From Balneolaceae bacterium (GTDB lineage: Bacteria > Bacteroidota > Rhodothermia > Balneolales > Balneolaceae), in NCBI GenBank assembly GCA_007135335.1, contig SLJB01000188.1:1-53408 (forward strand): DNA of 53,408 nucleotides. The letters are read 5' to 3'. Below, in pieces: positions 47,137 through 53,408 of this stretch. Under the pieces are notes generated by a model, which searched no databases, was not told the DNA's origin, and saw only the letters and a list, made by a program, of their open reading frames with translations. How positions within the stretch are numbered: position 1 is the stretch's first letter; every line of letters begins with the position of its first letter. Position numbers and translations under genes: made by a program.

Positions 47137-47595
47137 TTAGTTAGACAGTTCATCTTTAACCACTGAACTGATTAAGTAACCGTCTGCTTTTCCTTTTAAT
47201 CGGCCCATGAGTGCACCCATTACTTTACCCATATCAGCCGGGGAAGAGGCACCCATTTTTTCAATCTGCTCTTTTGCTGCAACACGAACCTCATCTTCAC
47301 TCATCATTTGAGGAAGGAATTCATCTATAATTTCAAGTTCATATTTCTCTTTTTTGGCCAGATCTTCCCGCCCGCCTGCTTCAAACTGATCAATCGATTC
47401 TTTTCTCTGTTTTGCAGCTTTCATCAGAACTTCAATGATCTGCTCATCGCTCAAGACGGATTCCCCGCCTTTCCGTTCGGCAATTTCCTTTTCAAGGATT
47501 TTGGCTTTCAACGAACGAAGCACCATAGTTTTACCGGCATCTTTCGCCTTCATGGATACCTTTAGATCGTCAAGGATAGCTTCTTTGATACTCAT
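47137..47595 (-). CDS. GatB/YqeY domain protein
   Basis: SMKAKD, KQRKESIDQF..GGREDL, FLPQMM and DMGKVMG. Confidence 0.93.
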   Translation of the reverse strand: MSIKEAILDDLKVSMKAKDAGKTMVLRSLKAKILEKEIAERKGGESVLSDEQIIEVLMKAAKQRKESIDQFEAGGREDLAKKEKYELEIIDEFLPQMMSEDEVRVAAKEQIEKMGASSPADMGKVMGALMGRLKGKADGYLISSVVKDELSN

Positions 47596-47734
47596 TTTAA
47601 GATAGTTTTAAGATGAACTAATTATGTACCTCAGATGGCCAAAGTTACATTCAGGTACTCCTGAATGTAAGAAAATCAAATTCAAAACAAGAAGTTTTAA
47701 ATCCGGTGAATTATGACCGGTTAAAATATGAGGC

Positions 47735-47771
47735 AAAAAAAAAGGTTTCATCTTTTCAGGATGAAACCTTT
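47735..47771 (-). terminator. Intrinsic terminator of the rpmB-rpmG-DUF4295 operon
   Basis: 12-bp stem AAAGGTTTCATC / GATGAAACCTTT with a 7-nt loop and a U-run on the minus strand. Confidence 0.85.
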
Positions 47772-47788
47772 CTGTACAGCCTTGTAGT

Positions 47789-47959
47789 TTAAGCTTTATT
47801 TCTTTGAATAAAATCTGCTGCGCTTTCCTGATCAACCATTGTTTCCTTGTAAGAAAACTTGCCTGATGCATTCTTGTTTGCAATGATAACTTTAGCCATT
47901 CTCTTATGAGAACCTTTCATTGACTTTGCGTCTTCGCCAAAAACCTGTTTCTTAGCCAT
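47789..47959 (-). CDS. DUF4295 family protein (Bacteroidota ribosomal protein bL38-like; not in ORF track)
   Basis: Manual translation MAKKQVFGEDAKSMKGSHKRMAKVIIANKNASGKFSYKETMVDQESAADFIQRNKA* (56 aa), directly after rpmG. Confidence 0.85.
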   Translation of the reverse strand: MAKKQVFGEDAKSMKGSHKRMAKVIIANKNASGKFSYKETMVDQESAADFIQRNKA

Positions 47960-47968
47960 AACAACTAC

Positions 47969-48133
47969 CTATTTAATTTCTTTGTGAACCGTGTGTTTTC
48001 TCAACACAGGATTGTACTTTTTAATTTCCAGCCTTTGTGTGGTTGTTCGCCTGTTTTTTGTTGTTACATAGCGAGAACTACCGGGCTTTTCCGTGCATTC
48101 AAGAATAACTTGTATTCGATTGCCTTTTGCCAT
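47969..48133 (-). CDS. rpmG: 50S ribosomal protein L33 (not in ORF track)
   Basis: Manual translation [54 protein letters not shown] (54 aa). Confidence 0.97.
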   Translation of the reverse strand: MAKGNRIQVILECTEKPGSSRYVTTKNRRTTTQRLEIKKYNPVLRKHTVHKEIK

Positions 48134-48136
48134 GGT

Positions 48137-48382
48137 TTACACCTCTTTAAGTAAAGTTCCTTTTTTCTTGGCTTCTTTAAGTACCGCAGCAATACCCTTC
48201 TTGTTGATGGTTCTCAATGTTTTTGCTGATACTTTCAAAGTAACCCACCGATCTTCTTCGGGTATATAAAAACGTCTTCTTTGCAAATTCAGATGAAAGC
48301 GATGCTTTGTCTTATTATTCGCTTTAGACGACCGGTAACCATTTAAAGGTGATCTTCCAGTAATATCGTCTTTCCTTGCCAT
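48137..48382 (-). CDS. rpmB: 50S ribosomal protein L28
   Basis: ITGR..G..SKANNKTKHRF..NLQ..RW..LKVSAK.LRTINKKG. Confidence 0.96.
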   Translation of the reverse strand: MARKDDITGRSPLNGYRSSKANNKTKHRFHLNLQRRRFYIPEEDRWVTLKVSAKTLRTINKKGIAAVLKEAKKKGTLLKEV

Positions 48383-48770
48383 ATCTTTTACCTGTTAACT
48401 GAATTTTTGATAGACCCCAAAATTAGGGTTTATACTATTTAATTTCAATTATTATTTCACAACATTTACAGGGCACCCATTTCCTTCGAATTTTCAACCC
48501 TCGGCAATGAGTATCCCGCACCGATCAGCAGGGCCTTAACCATCAGATTACTTCCCGATTATTTCATTGATTGCAGCTCATTTATCAGCCAATTTCTTTT
48601 GTGTTTTCCATCAATTTAATATAGCTTTATATGGATTTATTCCACCCCTGTTAACTTGCTGAAATTTGAATAGACTCTATCATCTCGTCAATTGCCATCT
48701 AAAAAGACTCTTTTCTTTGATTTTGCGCTTATAAGCGGTATTTTTATGCGTCTAAGAGGCTATTAAATAA

Positions 48771-50729
<1,959 letters not shown>

Positions 50730-50817
50730 ATAATGAGAAGTGAAAAGATTACATTTTAGGATCCTAACAGTATACAATCACTCTCATATCTCAAGACTCA
50801 AGACTTATACCTAAAAA

Positions 50818-53289
50818 ATGGCTAGCGAAAAAATTATACCCATTACTATTGAAGATGAGATGCAATCATCCTACATCGATTATTCGATGTCGGTTATTGT
50901 TTCACGTGCCCTGCCCGATGTACGGGACGGCCTCAAGCCGGTACACAGACGTGTACTGTATGGCATGAGCGATCTGGGCATGCTTCACAACCGAAACTAC
51001 AAAAAGAGCGCCCGTATTGTGGGTGAGGTCTTGGGTAAGTATCACCCGCATGGCGATTCGGCCGTGTACGACTCCATTGTAAGGATGGTGCAGGATTTTT
51101 CCCTTCGTTACCCGCTGGTGAACGGACAGGGTAACTTTGGCTCGGTTGACGGCGACTCTGCGGCAGCCATGCGGTATACTGAAGTACGCATGCAGCGGAT
51201 TGCTGAGGAACTTCTCGCCGATATCAACAAAGGCACAGTAGATTTTCAGACCAACTTCGATGATACCCTTACCGAGCCTACTGTTCTGCCCTCTATGCTG
51301 CCCAACCTGCTTCTCAACGGAGCTTCGGGAATTGCCGTAGGGATGGCCACCAATATGCCGCCACACAACATTAAAGAAGTTGTAGATGGTACAGTTGCTG
51401 TGATCGAAAATCCGGAGATTGAAACCAAAGAGCTGATGAAGCTTATCACCGCGCCGGATTTTCCGACGGGTGGTATTATCTATGGTTATGAAGGCGTGAA
51501 AGAAGCCTATGAAACAGGCCGCGGTAAAATTACCATGCGTGCACGCGCCAACACCGAAGAGCTGAGAAACGGCCGTGAGCAGATCGTGGTAACTGAAATA
51601 CCGTACCAGGTAAACAAAGCCACACTGATTGAGAAAATTGCATCTCTCGTTCATGCCGAAAAAATTACCGAAATCTCAGAAATCCGGGATGAATCGGACA
51701 GGGAAGGGATGCGTATCGTAATCATCCTGAAAAGAAATGCCAATGCCGGTGTTGTTCTGAACCAGCTGTTTAAATACACCCAGATGCAGCAGACTTTTGG
51801 TGTGATTAATCTTGCACTGGTAAAAGGGCGGCCGAAAGTAATGGCCCTTAAAGAGCTGATTGAGCGATTTATTGAGCATCGTGTTGAGGTGATCATTCGC
51901 CGAACCATCTACGATCTTGACCAGGCCGAAGCTCGCGCTCACATTCTTGAGGGATTGAAAATTGCCCTCGATAATCTCGATGAGGTTATCAAAACCATTC
52001 GTGCGTCGAAGAATCCAAATGAGGCAAACCAGCAACTTCGCAAGAGATTTGCCCTCACCGATATCCAGGCAAAAGCTATTCTGGATATGCGCCTGCAGAA
52101 ACTAACCGGCCTTGAACGGGATAAAATTGACCAGGAGTATCGCGACATTGTAGACAAGATTTCTGAGTTCCGTGATATTCTCTCAAACCGCGATCGCCAA
52201 AACGAAATCATCAAACAGGAACTCTTAGAACTGAAAGACCGCTACGGCGATGAGCGGCGAACGCAAATCGTCTACTCAGCCGAAGATTTCAGCATTGAAG
52301 ATATGATTGCCGATGAAGATGTGGTGGTTACCATATCTAACAAAGGCTTCATCAAACGAATGCCTGTAAGCGGGTATCGCCGGCAGCGCAGGGGCGGCAA
52401 AGGGATGAAAGGCACAACCACGAAAGATGATGAGTATGTAGAACATCTGTTTGTAGCCACTAATCACAACTACATCCTCTTCTTTTCGGAAAAAGGAAAT
52501 TGTTACTGGCTCAAGGTGTACGAAATCCCCGAAGGCTCGCGATTATCTCGCGGCCGGGCAATTGTGAATCTTATTGATATTGCCAAAGACGACAATATTA
52601 AAGCTTTTGTACCTGTAAAAACCCTTGATGACGAGGAGTACATCAACTCTCACTCCATCATTATGTCAACCAAAAAGGGCCAGGTTAAGAAAACCACACT
52701 TGAGGCGTACAGCCGTCCACGCCGCGATGGCATTATAGCTATCAACATTCGTGATGACGACAGGCTTCTTGGTGCAGCACTCACCGATGGCGACAGCAAT
52801 ATTATTCTTGCCAACAAAAAAGGGCGTGCCATCCGCTTCCACGAAAGTGAAGCGCGCGAAATGGGACGAAATACATCCGGTGTGCGCGGTATGAACCTCG
52901 GTAAAAATGATGAGCTGGTGGATATGGTTGTGATTAAAAACACACACGAAGCCACTGTTCTTGCCATCTCGGAAAACGGTTACGGAAAACGATCGCTCGT
53001 GGATGATTATCGCGAGCAGAGCAGGGGCGGAAAAGGAGTTATAACCCTGAAAGTAACGGCCAAAACCGGCAACCTGATTGCACTGAAAGAAGTATCAGAC
53101 AACGACGACCTGATGGTCATTACCGAAGGCGGAAAAGTGATCCGAATGCAGTGTAAAGGCATCCGAACCATGGGCCGCAATACACAGGGAGTTCGCATTA
53201 TGCGTCTTGATGAAGACGGCAAAATTGCTGCCATAACCCGTGTTGTTAATGAAGATGATGAAGAATCAGAAACACCTGTCGTTATATAA
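50818..53289 (+). CDS. gyrA: DNA gyrase subunit A
   Basis: [33 protein letters not shown] (catalytic Tyr), an intact GyrA-box QRRGGKG and an acidic tail. Confidence 0.98.
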   Translation: MASEKIIPITIEDEMQSSYIDYSMSVIVSRALPDVRDGLKPVHRRVLYGMSDLGMLHNRNYKKSARIVGEVLGKYHPHGDSAVYDSIVRMVQDFSLRYPLVNGQGNFGSVDGDSAAAMRYTEVRMQRIAEELLADINKGTVDFQTNFDDTLTEPTVLPSMLPNLLLNGASGIAVGMATNMPPHNIKEVVDGTVAVIENPEIETKELMKLITAPDFPTGGIIYGYEGVKEAYETGRGKITMRARANTEELRNGREQIVVTEIPYQVNKATLIEKIASLVHAEKITEISEIRDESDREGMRIVIILKRNANAGVVLNQLFKYTQMQQTFGVINLALVKGRPKVMALKELIERFIEHRVEVIIRRTIYDLDQAEARAHILEGLKIALDNLDEVIKTIRASKNPNEANQQLRKRFALTDIQAKAILDMRLQKLTGLERDKIDQEYRDIVDKISEFRDILSNRDRQNEIIKQELLELKDRYGDERRTQIVYSAEDFSIEDMIADEDVVVTISNKGFIKRMPVSGYRRQRRGGKGMKGTTTKDDEYVEHLFVATNHNYILFFSEKGNCYWLKVYEIPEGSRLSRGRAIVNLIDIAKDDNIKAFVPVKTLDDEEYINSHSIIMSTKKGQVKKTTLEAYSRPRRDGIIAINIRDDDRLLGAALTDGDSNIILANKKGRAIRFHESEAREMGRNTSGVRGMNLGKNDELVDMVVIKNTHEATVLAISENGYGKRSLVDDYREQSRGGKGVITLKVTAKTGNLIALKEVSDNDDLMVITEGGKVIRMQCKGIRTMGRNTQGVRIMRLDEDGKIAAITRVVNEDDEESETPVVI

Positions 53290-53312
53290 ACAGGTTTTCC
53301 TGGTAAAAGATT

Positions 53313-53348
53313 AAAAAGCTGAGCGGTGAGAGCCGCTCAGCTTTTTTT
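53313..53348 (+). terminator. Intrinsic terminator after gyrA (possibly bidirectional)
   Basis: AAAAAGCTGAGCGG-TGAGAG-CCGCTCAGCTTTTTTT. Confidence 0.92.
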
Positions 53349-53408
53349 GTTTACAGGATTTTCTAAATAAAAACATTGTTCTCAACCTGATTATGATTTT
53401 TTTCTAAT

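Noticed and set aside
47608-47883. 91-aa minus-strand ORF in the track
   Set aside because: It overlaps the DUF4295 gene out of frame and runs through its terminator.
51040-51075. Quinolone-resistance substitution in GyrA
   Set aside because: The QRDR reads [10 protein letters not shown], with Ser and Asp at the positions equivalent to E. coli 83 and 87.
50902-51654. 250-aa minus-strand ORF and similar ORFs within gyrA, gyrB and uvrA
   Set aside because: These are antisense shadows of conserved genes.

Overview
A 53.4-kb stretch of bacterial chromosome from an FCB-group organism. SusC/SusD and the rpmB-rpmG-DUF4295 operon support that placement; the overall gene set suggests a Balneolaceae/Rhodohalobacter-like halophile (inference). 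I found no rRNA, tRNA, CRISPR, transposase or phage genes. The left part holds tandem RND pumps, an olsB/olsA-like aminolipid acyltransferase pair, MFS and ABC transporters, uvrA, a Tat-exported Gfo/Idh/MocA oxidoreductase, a beta-carbonic anhydrase and an exported active/degenerate amidohydrolase pair. The main candidate for an undescribed system is the tightly packed 11-gene minus-strand cluster at 18882-29991. It encodes a signal-peptide AiiA/AttM-type lactonase, an unannotated 29-aa membrane peptide, a Na+/solute symporter, an unknown protein, an itaconate/methylsuccinate-type C5-dicarboxylate module (CitE/Ccl lyase, acyl-CoA dehydrogenase, family III CoA-transferase, Ich-type hydratase, MmgE/PrpD protein), an aldehyde dehydrogenase and a ChnD-like omega-hydroxyacid dehydrogenase. 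Together these predict a route from a methyl- or methylene-branched lactone to pyruvate + acetyl-CoA. Next come an orphan M15 peptidase and a small divergent SusC/SusD | CBM9-like/GHL10 locus with a perfect 18-bp LacI-type palindrome. The right part has an unknown protein ending in a beta-clamp-binding-like motif, then housekeeping genes: argS, a methyltransferase, a DUF62 SAM hydrolase, dnaN, a MarR regulator, tyrS, cvpA, yqeY, bL38/rpmG/rpmB (the first two missing from the ORF track), gyrB and gyrA. Family calls come from motif recognition only; no database searches were run.
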